From: Cetorhinus maximus
Taxonomy: Eukaryota
Direction: 5' to 3'
NCBI RefSeq assembly: GCF_964194155.1
Contig: NC_135888.1
Coordinates: 134,850,001 to 134,914,000 of the forward strand
Length of the DNA stretch: 64,000 nt
Below the pieces are notes generated by a model. It was not told the origin of the DNA. It worked only from the letters and a program-made list of their open reading frames with translations, and ran no database searches. The position numbers and the translations under genes are program-made. Positions 11,880-25,037 of the stretch are shown here, piece after piece (the first letter of the stretch is position 1; every line of letters starts with the position of its first letter).

Positions 11880-14347
11880 ATTTGTAACCTCAGGGCTCGG
11901 CATATCCCCCACTCTACCATAGTCAAGTGATAAATTATGTCTCTTCAATGAAGAGCACAGGAGAGCACGCCAGGAAAAGCACCAAGTATACCTGAAAATG
12001 AGGTGTCAACCTGGTGACGCTACAACACAGGGCTACTTGCATGCCAAACAGACTAAGAAGCAAGCGATAGGCAGAGCTAACTGATTCCACAGCCAACGGA
12101 TTAGATCTAAGACTTGTAGCCCTGCCACATCTAGTTATGAATGATGTTGGACAATTAAACAGCTCACTGGAGGAGAAGGCTCCGCAAATGTCCCCATTCT
12201 CAATGATGGGGGAGCCCAGCACACCCGAACAAAAGATAAAGCTGAAGCATTTGCAATAATCTTCAGCCTGAAGCGCCGAGTGGATGATCTATCTCGGCGT
12301 CCTCTGGAGGTCCCCAGCATTCAGATGCCCTGAAGAGGAATCATATAGACTCGAAGCATTAATTTAGTTTCTCTCTCCACATTAGCTGTCAGGCCTGAGA
12401 GCTTTTCCAGCATTTTCTGCTTTATCACAGATGCCAGTCTTGAGCCAATTAGATTCACTCCACGTGATATCAAGAAACGACTGAAGGCACTCGATATTGC
12501 AAAGGCTATGGGCCATGACATTATTCCGGCAATAGTACTGAAGGCTTGTGCTCCAGAACTTTCCACACCCCTAGCCAAGCTGTTCCAGTAAAACTACAGC
12601 ACGGCACCCACCTGGCAATGTGAAAAGTGGCCAGGTATGCCTTGTACACAAAAAGTATGACCTCTCCAACCCAGACAATTATGGCCCCATCAGTCTACTC
12701 GCAATCATGAGTAAAGTGATGAAAGGGGTGATCAACAGTGCTATCAACTAGCGCTTTCTTAGCAATAACCTGCTTGCTCTGGACCCCATGAAATCTCATG
12801 GCATCAGGTCAAACATGGGCAAGGAAACCTCCTGCTGATTATCACTTACCACCCTCCCTCAGCTGATGATTCAGTGCTGCTCCATGTTGAACATCACTTG
12901 GAGGAAGCACTGAGGGTGGCAAGGGTGCAGACTGTACTCTGGTTAGGGGGATTCAATGTCCATTGCCAAGAGTGGCTCTATAGCAAGACTACTGGGCGAA
13001 CTGGCTGAGCCCTAAAATACATAACTGCAAGACTGGGTCTGCACCCAGGAAGTTCATCAACAGTGCTATCAGGGGCACTTGGTTAGCAATAACCTGCTCA
13101 TTACTGCCCAGCTTGGGTTCCACCATGGCCACTCGGCTCCTGACCTAAAGCCATTTTTCAAACATGGGCAAAGGAGCTGAGCTCCCGAAGTGAGGTAAGA
13201 GTGACTGCCTTTGACATCAATCCGTATTTGACCGACTGTGGGAACAAGGAGCCTTTACAAAACTGGAGTCAATAGGAATCAGGAGGAAAATTCTCCACTG
13301 GTTGTTGTCATACCTAGCACAAAGGTAGATGGTTGTGGTTGTTGAAGATCAATCATCGCAGTCCCAGGACATCACTGCAGGAGTTCCTCAGGGTAGTGCC
13401 CTCGGCCCAACCATTTTCAGCTGCTTTATCAATGACCTTCCTTCCATCATAAGATCAGAAGTGGGGATGTTCGCTGATGATTTCACAATGTTCACCTCCA
13501 TTCCCAGCTCCTCAGATGCTGAAGCAGTCCACGTCCAAATGCAGCAAAACCTGGACAATATCTGGGCTTAGGCTGACAAGTGGAAAATTACATGCACCAG
13601 GAAATGACCATCTCCAACAAGAGATAATCTCACCATCGCCCTTTGATATTCAATGGCACTACCATCACTGAATCCCCCACTATCAACATCTTGGTGGTTA
13701 CCATTGGCCAAAAACTGAACAGGACTATCTTTATAAATACTGTGGCTAGAAAAGCAGGTCAGTGCCTGTGAATCATGCAACAAGTTACTCACCCGCTGAC
13801 TCCACAAAGCCTGTTCACTATGTACAAGGCACAAGTCAGGAGTGTGATGGAATATTTGCCTGGATGAGTGCAGCTCCTGTAACACTCAAGAAGCTTGTCA
13901 CCATCCAGGACAAAGCAGCCCACTTGATTGGCACCACATCCACAAACATTCACTCCCTTCACCACCGATGCACAGAAGCAGCAGTGTGTACAACCACAAG
14001 ATGCACTGCAGGAATTTACCAGGGCTCCTTAGGCAGCTCTGGCTAAACCAACCACAACTACCATCTAGAAGGAGAGGACCAGCAGACAGCCGGGAACACC
14101 AGCACCTGGAAGTTCCCCTCCAAGTCACTCACCATCCGGACTGGGAATTATATCGCCATTCCTTTACTGTCGCTGGTTCAAAATCCAAGAATTCCCTTCC
14201 GAACAGCTCTGTGAGTGTACGTACACCATTCAGACTGCAGCGGTTTAAGAAGGCAGCTCACTGCCACCTTCTCAGGGGCAATTAGGTATAGGCAACAATT
14301 GCTGGCACAGCCAAAGAAGCGCACATCCCATGAATGAATAAATAAAA
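11880..14347 (+). mobile_element. LINE family A, internally rearranged, with 3' tail
   Basis: ORF 13329..13571 GVPQGSALGPTIFSCFINDL..GMFADD; tail ..cacatcccatgaatgaataaataaaa; endonuclease piece out of order at 12780-13045. Confidence 0.9.
12330..12427 (+). mobile_element. Short Penelope-type terminal fragment inserted in the LINE, with TSD
   Basis: Flanked by cagatgcc (12322-12329 and 12428-12435); matches the termini at 17905-18025, 19000-19110 and 42438-42662. Confidence 0.65.
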
Positions 14348-14349
14348 TC

Positions 14350-15530
14350 AGTGATGCTTAGTTTGGGTTCCGTGAGGTTCATTCAACTCCTGACCTCATT
14401 GCAGCCTTGCTTCAAACATGGACAAAGGAGCTGAACTCCAGAGGTGATGTAAGAGTAACTGGCCTTGACTTCGCGGCAGCATTTGACTGAGTGTGGCATC
14501 GGGGAGCCCTAGCAAAACTGGAGTCAATGGGAACCGGGGGTAAACTCTCCGCTGGTTGGAGTCATACCCAGCTAAAGGAATATTGTTGCACTTTTTGGGG
14601 GCCAATCATCTCAGTTTCAGGACATCACTGCAAGAGTTCCTCAGGGCAGTACACTAGGCCCAACTACCTTCAGCTGCTTCATCACTCACCTCTCTTCCAT
14701 CATAACGACAGAAGTTGGGATGTTTGCAAATGATTGCACAATGTTCAGCACAATTCTTGACTCCTCAGATACTGAAGCAGTCCATGTCCAAATGCAGCAA
14801 GACCTGGACAATATCCAGGCTTGGACTGAAACGTGATAAGTAGCATTCACACCACGCAAGTGCTAGGCATTGACTATATCCAACAAAAGGGTGTATGACC
14901 ATCGCCCCTTGACATTCAATGGCATTACCATCTCTGAATCCCCCACTAACAACATCCTGGAGGTGACCATTGACCAGAAACTGAACTGGACTAGCCATAT
15001 AAATACTGTAGTTGCAAGAGCACGTTGTGGTTCGGCATCCTGCAGCGAGTGACTCACACCCTGACTCCCCAAACCCTGCCCACCATCTACAGGGCACAGG
15101 TCAGGAGTGTGATGGAATACTCTTCACTTGCCTGGATGAGTGCAGATCCAACAACTCTCAAGAAGCTTGGAAACATCCAGGACAAAGCACCCCGCTTGAT
15201 CTACACCCCACCCACAAACATTCACATACCCCTTCCCCCCGCCCCCACCCTCCACCATCCCCCCGCCCCCCCCCCCCCCGTCCCACTCCCCCAACGACAC
15301 ACTGTGGCAGCAGTATGTACCATCTACAAGATACACTGCAGGAACTCACCAAGCCTCCTTAGACAGAACCTTCCAAACACAAGGCCACTACCATCCCATT
15401 ACTGCCGCTGGGTCAAAATCCTGGAACTTCTCCCTAACACCATATGGACTGCAGCAGTTCAAGAAGACAGCTCACCACCACCATCTCAAGTGCCTTTGGA
15501 GATGGTCAAGAAATGCTGGCCTACAGGAAG
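14350..15530 (+). mobile_element. LINE family A, RT to 3' region
   Basis: WHRGALAKLESMG, TIYRAQVRSVMEYSSLAW, TVAAVCTIYKIHCRNSP; C-rich expansion at 15232-15292. Confidence 0.9.
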
Positions 15531-15559
15531 GTATAAAAGGAACTAGCATGCCAGACTGT

Positions 15560-15790
15560 GAGTTACTCTGACTCAGGCCCCTGTTGCAGACACCTCACTT
15601 CATCCCTGTCCCACCCCACAATCCCAAGCACTGGCGGCGGTGTCTCCCGCTATCTAGGTCGAAGATTGTAAAATTTCTTCACTATATTGATTCAGCTCTG
15701 CTCCTCTTATGTTAGGCAGTAAAACCCAACTACTTGAGCAAGACTTTTACCACACTTTTTAATGCCTCTTCTTTGGATCCAAGCCAAATT
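15560..15790 (+). mobile_element. L2 3' fragment
   Basis: actggcggcggtgtctcccgctatctagg..; resembles the L2 3' text at 30050-30170 and 42090-42200. Confidence 0.45.
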
Positions 15791-16204
15791 TTCCTGATTA
15801 TGCATCGTTTTATTCGTCTTTTTTCCCACCTCTTTTACTCGTCAGAACTGTTTGCGAATATAAGTAGCCTTACGCCCACATTTAATTTTCAACAGTTATA
15901 CTTGTGATTCCATTTAGCAGTAAGTTTAATTAACTCATGCCTGCTGTATTATACTTTGCGTTTTCTTGCTCGTGTCAAAAAATATTAAAATTTCCTGTAT
16001 GGATGCAGTTATTCGCCAACAATGTTTTGACAATCATCTTGATTACAACCTAAATGAAAATGCTATTATGCCACTATTGAATAACCATTTACTATTTACA
16101 TTATATTTCAAAGCTGAAAAGGCACAACGAAAGCTACTGATGGATATTATGGAGCTTCCCTTTGCCATTCCGTGGGCATTCGAACAACACAAAAGAACAA
16201 TACA

Positions 16205-16757
16205 CTACAGGGAGGATGTGATTGCAAAGTAGAGGGCGCAGAGGAGTTTAACCAGGATGTTGCCTGGGCTGGAGCGTTTCAGCTATGAAGACAGTTGTTT
16301 TCCTTAGAGCAGAGAGAAAGCTGAGGGTGTGTGGGGGGGGTGGGGGGGGGGGGGGGGTGGGGGTGGAGGGGGTTGATTGAGGTATACAAATTTATGAGGG
16401 GTATAGATGGGGTAGATAGGAGGAAACTTTTCCTCTTAGTGGAGGTGCCAACAACCAGGGGCGTAGATTTAATGTAAGGGGCATGAGGTTTAGAGGGGAT
16501 TTGAGAAAAACATTTTTCATCCAGAGGATGATTAGAATCTTGGACATACGCCCTGAGGGAGTGGTAGAGACAGAAACCCTCACAACATTTAAGAAGTATT
16601 TAGATGATCACTTGAAATGCCATCGCATACAGCGCTATGGGTCAAGTGCTGGAAGACGGGATTAGAATAGATAGGTGCTTGATGGCTGGCACGGACACGA
16701 TGGGCCAAAGGGCCTGTTTCTGTGCTGTACAACTCTATGACTCTATGACTCTACAAC
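16205..16757 (+). mobile_element. CR1 3' fragment
   Basis: RFRGDLRKTFFIQRMI..FKKYLD; tail ggcctgtttctgtgctgtacaactctatgactctatgactcta. Confidence 0.9.
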
Positions 16758-17664
16758 TCTCAGATGATTTTCAGGTTGCGTCTATGCCAACAACATGGGC
16801 TATTTAGGTATTCTTGTAGTCAGCAAAATCCCGTCATCCCTGTTGCCTTCCAGGAAATCAGCTTTGGACGCACTCCAAACCATGGATAAGGTTAATATGT
16901 ATTAATAACGATAGAACAGCATTCGATATAAAAGCTGACCTCTTGTGGTTCCCAAGTCCTTTGCTGATGGGGATTCAATATTTCTAAAATGGAACTTATG
17001 ACTTAAAGCTCTACGGCTCCAGTTGTGATAGAATGTCATTAGCTATCAAAACGTTTACTCTCCATTATATTTGCTGTTGCAAAACGCCTGGAGTGCGACG
17101 GGAGAGGTGGGTTGGGACCGCATTGGGGTAGGAGGCACTAAAGGGAGAGCGGACGCGAGTGGGAGGAAATGAGTTGAAGGGTTCAACAATTCCAAGAAAG
17201 CTATTATTTACAAATGCAACATAAAATCGGTTATAAACCTTAAACCTCGCCATCTTCCATGCTCAGGGCAGTTTCCTTCCACACATCATTCAAGTTGTTG
17301 ACAATGAACATTGTAAGGGTGTCTTCAAACACAGTGCCGAACTCTCGTACATTTCAATACTATCAAATAATTCTATTACTAATGCTGGTAATGCCATAAC
17401 CAATTAATAAGTCTATAAAACTATATTTAAAATAAGCTTTCATTCCTTTGCTGTTCTAATCTGTGGTGATTCTTAGATAAATCATATGACCAGAAATATA
17501 TACCGACACAATTCAAGAGCAAAACTTTTCTATCTTTAGCAAAAAATATGTTTATGACCAATTGGGAAACCAGTTCTATCACTATCACAGAGAAGGCCAG
17601 CATTGACACTAAAAAATGGAGATATACGATCAACATCTCAGAAGTACTGTTGCAATCAAGGCTT

Positions 17665-17800
17665 CCGGTTTTGATAGTCCAAATATGGAGAAACAGTTTC
17701 ATCTGACAGGAGGTGCGCTAAACAGAGGACAAAAATTTAATGTAGTTAGCAAAAGAGCCAGAGGCGACTTGAAGGGAATTTGTTTTGCCTGTGTAGTATT
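17665..17800 (+). mobile_element. Short old CR1 fragment (paralogous to the start of 49365-49720)
   Basis: ggttttgatag..gagaaacagtttcatctg..gcaaaagagccagaggcgac. Confidence 0.55.
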
Positions 17801-17904
17801 ACAATATGTCGAACAGTCATTGGTGACCACTAATGACGTGAATGATCTAATATCCAACATTATCGTGATATCAGCTGCATAGGCTCCATATAAAATAAAA
17901 CATG

Positions 17905-19110
17905 AAACCAAAATAATGTAGATGCTGGAAATCTGAAATAAAAGCAGAACAAAAACCTAGAAAAACTTAGCAGGCTTGGTAGCACCAAAGTCAACGTTTC
18001 GAACCCGTATGACTCTTTTTCAGAGTATTTTGCTTTCAGCTTAGTGTTTAATTCACTGCCACCTCTCTTCCAGGAATACCTACCTTGAAGAAGTACTGCT
18101 CTTCTCTCCAGCAGGACTTACGTTTGTCTCTTTCATCCTGTTCATCTTCATTGCTTTCCATTTCCCTCCTGGTGTTTGGCAAGGTGTTTGCCAAAACTCG
18201 CTTTCACAGCCATATTCCCTTACTCAGCGACTGTCTCCGACTCCGACTTACCCCAGGCGGATTCCAAGTGAAGTTCCATCCCTCATGTTTCGGATCCACC
18301 CAGGATTAAAGGTATTTCCGGGGCATACAATGTTCCTCGGATTGCTGTTCATGCCGCATCCTGAGATGCACTCTTGATGCCATGCGCCGCCATATGTACA
18401 CACTCAAGTCTCTCCAGCACCGACTCATCCTCTTAGTGCTGCCCTGATCCCCAGTTTCATTTCATTCTTCGGCTCATCCAACGCCTTAACAAGAAACTTT
18501 TTCTCTTCTTTTCAGGTGTTAACGCATGCAAGCTCCAACACATTATTGATACCAACGCCCCATCCAGGACTCTTCCCCCCTTCATATCCATCTGACTCCA
18601 TCCCTTTTTGTAATCTCAGGCCTTACTGTGTATTCGCCATATCATCTGGCCTTCACCTCTCTGATGCTGAACGTTCAGTACTCAGAAAAGGACTCAGTTT
18701 CATCCCCTTTCACCCTCACCTCAGTGAATTTCGGGCCCAGCACGATGCTCAATTCTTCTTCCACCGCCTTCCTCTCCGTGCTCACTTCTTTGAGCAGGAG
18801 TCCTCCCGCGTTCCACGGATCCTTTACCCGCCTCCAGTTTTATTCATCTACCTGATGCCTCCCTCTGACCTCTTACCTGCTCTTGATCCTTTCATTGAGA
18901 ACTGACAGCGTGACATCATCCATCTTAATTTCTCTTCTCCTCTCATCCAGTCCAACCTGTCTCCTTCTGAACTTGCTTCATTCCGTTCTCTCAGGTCCCA
19001 CCCTGGCGAAAGAAAAACTCTTAAGAAGTGATACAAACTCGAACCGTTATCTCTGTTTCTCTCTTCACAGATGCTGTCAGACCTGCTGAACTTTTCCACC
19101 ATTTTCTATT
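17905..19110 (+). mobile_element. Penelope-like retroelement remnant with inverted terminal segments
   Basis: ORF pieces KTRFHSHIPLLSDCLRLRL and LSDAERSVLRKGLSFIP (PLE pre-RT LS..E..VL.KGL.F.P motif); 17905-18025 and 19000-19110 are imperfect inverted copies. Confidence 0.75.
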
Positions 19111-19219
19111 CTAATTGCATATAAAACAAGACTGACAAAGGGCATTGTTTTTGCGTGCTTACCTTAATGATATTTCCGGAAATATAACGGTCGGTACATT
19201 ATAAATGACTTCGAAACAG

Positions 19220-19390
19220 CCTAGCTTTAAGAATAGTTGCTGCAGTTATTGGTTGAGACTCTTCGTGTCGCTGCCTACCAATAAAAAGCGGAGACTCAGC
19301 GAGAGATCGACCCCCTTCCTCCGCCAGGGAAGCACAGAACAGAATCGAAGAGACAGAAGCTGTTTTTATGCTGTGCGACCATTTTCAGAA
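19220..19390 (+). promoter_or_regulatory. Pcdh promoter 2 (CSE + inverted CCAAT)
   Basis: TGCAG-TTATTGGT(19246-19253)..CGCT(19269-19272)..ACCAATAA(19277-19284). Confidence 0.9.
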
Positions 19391-19537
19391 ACGCTGACCA
19401 GTTTGGGTCTTTGTGTTCCTCGTTTCAATATTAATGCATAGATATATAGTCGATTATCTACTGTGACATAGGAGACATGTCAATCTAATCGATTTCGGAA
19501 TATTTCCATATTTTTCAACAAATTCCAGCCCAGAACA

Positions 19538-21931
19538 ATGGCGAATGTACTGATGAGCCCGGCGCCTTTCATTTTCCTGCTTTGCATGTCGGACCTGGTT
19601 GCCGGACAGCTTCGCTACTCAGTCCCCGAGTAGCTGCAACACGGGGCTTTTGTTGGTAATGTCGCTGAGGATTTAGCAGTCAACGTTCGCGAATTATCGG
19701 CTCGCAAGTTTCGGCTGGTGTCCGATGAAAGGAAACAATACATGGAAGTAAATCTGGAAAATGGGAATTTATTTGTGAATGAAAGGATCGACCGAGAAGA
19801 GCTTTGTGGACAAAGTCCTGCCTGTTCCCTTTCTTTTCAAATAGCGCTCGATGATCCTATGGAAATGCATCGTGGCACAGTGGAGATTTTGGATGTAAAT
19901 GATAATTCGCCCACCTTTGAAAAGAGCGAATTCTCCTTGCAGGTCAGCGAGTTAATTGCACCAGGAGCGCGATTTCCTCTCGAGAGCGCGCGTGATCCGG
20001 ATGTGGGTGCAAACACAGTCAGCACTTATCAGATCAATTCAAATGCGTACTTCGGTATCAAAGTTCAGACGAGAAGGGGTGGGAGCAAAAGTGCAGAGTT
20101 ATTTCTAGAGAAGCCCTTGGACCGTGAACAACAGCCAACCTTTCATCTTGTTTTGACCGCTATTGACGGTGGGGTCCCCCAAAGATCTGGCACAGCTCGG
20201 ATTATCATTACTGTCGTGGACGGGAACGATAACGCCCCTGAATTCGATCGTGAGCTCTACAGCGCGACTATCGCAGAAAATGCCCCTCGAGACACCTTGG
20301 TGAAGAAAATCAACGCTGTTGATTTGGACGAAGGTGCTAACGCAGAACTGACATATTCTTTCACCAATCACGTTTCACAAAGGATTCGGGACTTGTTCAG
20401 GTTGGATCCTAAAACCGGAGAGATCAGAGTTCAAGGAGTACCAAATTTTGAGGAATCAAGTATTTATGAACTTGATGTACAAGCAGTGGACAATGGTGTA
20501 CCGGGTTTGACAGGACATGCAAAAGTTATTGTCAGCTTAACTGATCTGAACGATAACGCCCCTGTGATAGAGGTAACGTCAGCAACTGGCATGGTCCCCG
20601 AAAATACGCAGCCTGGAACTGTGATTGCAACCATAAGCGTAACCGATTCAGATTCAGGGAGTAATGGGGATGTTCAGTGTCAAGTTCCCGTAGGTGTTCC
20701 TTTCAAACTTCAAAAATCTTTGAGGAACAATTACAAATTGGTTACCGATGAGGTTTTGGATCGTGAAAAAACCTCATCGTACAACATATCCATTTCAGCC
20801 TGGGACGGCGGGACGCCCCCTTTGTCAACACGTAAAACCATCTTGGTTTCTGTTTCTGATATAAATGATAACGCGCCGAGGTTCACACAATCATTATATG
20901 ATGTGTACCTAATGGAGAACAACACTCCTGGTGCTTCCATTTTTGCTGTTAGCGCTAGCGATTCTGATTTGGACAAGAACGGTGAGGTGGTTTATTTTAT
21001 TCTAGATAATCAGTTGCCAGGGGAACCTGGGTCTCGATACGTCACGATTAACTCTAAAAATGGGAATATTTACGCGCTGAGTTCCTTCGACTATGAGCAT
21101 ATAAAACATTTCCAGATCAACGTTCAAGCTCAGGATGCTGGATCTCCCTCCATGAGTAGCACTGCTGTGGTGAATATTATTATCTTGGACCAAAATGACA
21201 ATGTCCCGGTCATTGTTTCACCTCTGACGTTTAACAATTCAGCATCCGTGGATATTATCCCCCAGTCGGTAATTCCAGGTTACTTGGTAACCAAGGTAAT
21301 CGCCACTGATGCCGATTCCGGTCAAAACGCAAGGCTTTCCTACCAACTGCTGGAGGCTGCGGATGCCAGCTTGTTTACTGTGGGTCTTTCCTCCGGCGAA
21401 ATCAGAGCATCTCGGGGTTTCAGAAACCAAGATTTCATCACAGACAGAATCGTCGTATGTGTGAAGGACAATGGACAGCCAAGCCTCTCTAGTACGGCCA
21501 CAATCTTCTTTTCAATCTTGTCCAATATTACTGGAAAATTGTTTGAACCAACTGACCAACCAAAACAGTTGGAATACTTTTTCGATCTTAATCGTTATTT
21601 GCTCATCATTTTGGGATCAACGTCCTTTCTGTTTCTTGTGACCATAATTTTTCTGGTCGTTCTGAAATATAAGCAAGACAGAAATATTGATGAAGGTTAC
21701 AACGCTACAGCGTGCTGTTACAGACGGTGGAATTCAAAAAATGCTTTTAATGGAAAACCTGCAGTAAACGAAACTTTAAATTATCCCGGACCTGGCCTGA
21801 ATGAAAGTTATCGATATACCGTTTGTTTATCTCCAGAATCATCCAAGAGTGATTTTCTGTTTCTAAAGCCCTGTCACCCCACCTTGCCTTTCAATGAATT
21901 GCGTGTCCTCGAGACCAACGCAAGAACATAA
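19538..21931 (+). pseudogene. Clustered protocadherin with one premature stop at codon 32 (797-codon frame otherwise intact)
   Basis: ATG 19538 (cagaacaATGG) MANVLMSPAPFIFLLCMSDLVAGQLRYSVPE*LQHGAFVGNVAED; TAG at 19631-19633 where paralogs have GAG/GAA; in frame with ORF 19718..21931. Confidence 0.9.
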
Positions 21932-22944
21932 GTTTTTGGTTGGAATGCCAGATAATTATCTTGGTATAGAGTCATTTTGTTCCGCAAAAATTAATAGGTA
22001 AGTGTGATGTATATACCTGAATCCTCACATTGGTAGTGGAATGGCTGATTGGCCAAATTGATTACTCCTCATCCTATGAGGTTATAAGTTAGTAATGTGA
22101 ATATACCTGCCGCCTTCTGACTGTCTTGCGTAGTATAAACTATAGTAACGTTAGTATGAATGCTGGCCTTTACATGTTCCACTTTATGTTTTGGTGAAAT
22201 ACACATCAGTGTGTTTTCTCCTTTCATCTCACCGCTACTGTAGTGTTGCTTTATTGCATGTACATTAAAGTAGTTGGTATCACAAAACATCATTTCTGTG
22301 CATGGGGCAAATATATCCATGATTGTGGAAGGGACGTTACGTAATCTAAATATTTTAGATGGCACAGTCTAAGTGAAGCTTTGGTTTGGTCAATGCATGC
22401 AGAAGGAACTTTTGCGCTTAACAATAAATATTTCCCTCTGAAAATGATCATATTTTCCAAAAGTATATTATCTGTGTTAAGGAAAAAATGCTTTCTCAGC
22501 AATGCTCCAGAATTGATAAAAAAAACATCGATTTGCTGCGTATGTAATCAGTCATTTGATATTATGTTAGGCAACTGGATACCTAAAATCTAGTGTCTGT
22601 TATTTCTGAGGGCGTTGCTGAGCTAGTATTATCGAAAGAGAAGAGTATCACGTTTTCCCGGGAAGGTAGCGCACTGTTGCTGCAACTTCAGAGTGAGGAC
22701 GGTCACGCTTCCTAGAAAGTGCTCAAAATATTCTCTAAGTGTTTTCAGACGTGCTATTTGCCCCAGTTTTCTCCATAATTGATTTTTTATTAGCCTATAT
22801 TTGACAAAAAATCAACACAGTGGCTAAGGAACAATTTGTTAATTGACCATTGATAAGTTTGCCCAGAGGCATTTTCCAGATTAAGTAAAGGAGGCCATTA
22901 ATCTATTTCAGTGGCAGTTTCAGGGCTGCGCCCTGGGTGGCACC

Positions 22945-23552
22945 CCGAAACTGAGTATAAACACTGTGGCTACAAGAGCAGGTCAGAGGCTGGGAATACT
23001 GCGGCGAGTAACTCAACCCCTGACCCTCCGCCGCCTGACCACCATCCACAAATCAGGAATTTGATGGAATACTTTCCACTTGCCTGGATCAGTGCAGCTC
23101 CAACAACACATAAGAAGCTCGACACCATTCTGGATAAAGGACACCCCATCCACAAACATTCACTCCCTCCGCCACCGAAGTACAGTGGCAGAAGTGTGTA
23201 GTGTTCACTGGATGCACTGAGTCACCAAGGCTCCTTAGACAGCACCTTCCAAACCCACGACCACTAACATATAGTAGGACAGGAGCAGCAGATGCAAAGA
23301 AGCATCACCACTTGGAGATTTCCCTCCAAGCCACACACCATCCCGTCTTGGAAATAAATCTCCGTTCCTTCACTGTCTCTGGGTCAAAATCCCGGGGCTC
23401 CCTCTAGCAGTACTGTCATTGCACCAACTCCACAGGTACTGCAGCGGCTCAAGAAGGCAGCTCACCACCACTTTCTCAAGGGCAGGTAGAGATGGGCAAT
23501 AAATGCTGGCCTAGCCAGCAACGCCCACATTCCATGAGTTAATACAAAAAAT
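22945..23552 (+). mobile_element. LINE family A 3' fragment
   Basis: MEYFPLAWISAAPTTHKKLDTI; tail ctcaagggcaggtagagatgggcaataaatgctggcc..aaaaaa. Confidence 0.9.
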
Positions 23553-24290
23553 CAGTCTCATTAACAAAGGAACGAGATTTTTCGGCTCAAACAAGGTCTC
23601 TAATCTGTCTCAGTGACTGTTTCAGTGCTGCACGCTGGGTGGCATCTGTGAGCAGGTCAAGCAACTAAGAGGCTCTTCAATCCATCAGATTGAAATATCC
23701 TCACTCAGCCGCACAGATGGCAAATGACAATGAAAAAATGTATAAATTACATCCAAACCCTATATAGGGAGCAAAATAAAGATTGAAAAATACAGATGAG
23801 TTAATGAACAGGCGCGTGGTTTGAACTGAGTGGGAACTGAGGCGTTTGGTGAGTGAGGGAGTTCACTGCAGGGGGAAGGAGGTGCTCCTTTCTTTGTCTA
23901 CCTCTTTCACCCTCCAGTATTTGACTCCTACATCGGTGCAGCGGAAGAAGCTGATTGGTGAGTAACTGATAATTTTATTCTAGCCTTAATAAACACTTAT
24001 TAAAGTTAAGGTATGGCAGGGCAGCTCGATTGAATGGAATGTGTGTCCTGTTGAATTTAGGAAGTCTTGGATGCACAATGCGCCCTCGACAAATACCTCT
24101 GTAGGAAGTGTCAACGGCTGAAAATGTTTGAGCTCCGGGTTTTGGAAGTCAAGCAGCGGCTGGGGTCACTGTGGTGCATCCGTGGGGCAGAGAACTTTGT
24201 GTATACCACGTTTAGGGAGCTGGAGACACTGTAAGTTAGGAACATGCAGGCAGAGAGGGAATGGATGACCATTACGCAGCCTAAGAGAAC

Positions 24291-25037
24291 TGCCTCAGAA
24301 ATCTGATGCCCTCCCTTCCACACCAATTCTCCAGCCATGTGATCAATCACTCAATCCTTCTGATCCTATGCTCACTAGCAGGTGGCACTGGAAGTAATGC
24401 CGAGGTTACTGCTTTTGAGGTTCTGCATTTTAATGTATTTCCAAACTTCCTAATATATGCTATCAGGGCCTCATCCCTCTTCTTACCTATACCGTAGACA
24501 GGTCGTGCGGTAGTCCCCCTGAGTCGACCTTCCTTGCTAACTGGTTATCCATTTTGGATACCGATGAAATTGATGGTTCCTCAGAGGAGTGCAAAAAAAG
24601 CCAATTTCGTGGCACAACCGGCCACACAGCTGCACAGCAGGGAAGAAAGAAGAGTGGAAAGGCAATAGTGATAGGGAATTCGTTTGTTAGGGAACAGGCA
24701 GGCGTTTCTGCAGATCAAGACCGGACACCAGGGTGATATGTTGCCTCATTAGTGCCAAGATCAAGGATGTCGCAGAGGAGCTGCAGGACATTCTTCTGGG
24801 AGAGGGTGAAAAGCCTGAGGTTGCGGTCCACAACGGTATAGGTAGGAAGAGAGATGAGGCCCTGATAGCATATATTAGGAAGTTAGGAAATACCTTAAAA
24901 AGCTGAACCTCAAAAGCAGTAACCTCGGCATTACTCCCAGCGCCACGTGCTAGTGAGCATAGGATCAGAAGGATTGAGTGATTGAACACATGGCTGGAGA
25001 ATTGGTGTAGAAGGGAGGGCATCACATTTATGAGGCA
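24291..25037. repeat. Inverted repeat, 205-bp arms (24291-24495 / 24833-25037), 337-bp spacer
   Basis: The left arm is the reverse complement of the right arm at >90% by eye; ORFs 24306..24497(+) and 24687..25112(-) give near-identical peptides. Confidence 0.9.

Noticed and set aside
19718-21931. 737-aa ORF as an intact gene
   Set aside because: Starts at a GTG inside EC1 with no signal peptide; it is the remainder after the nonsense codon.
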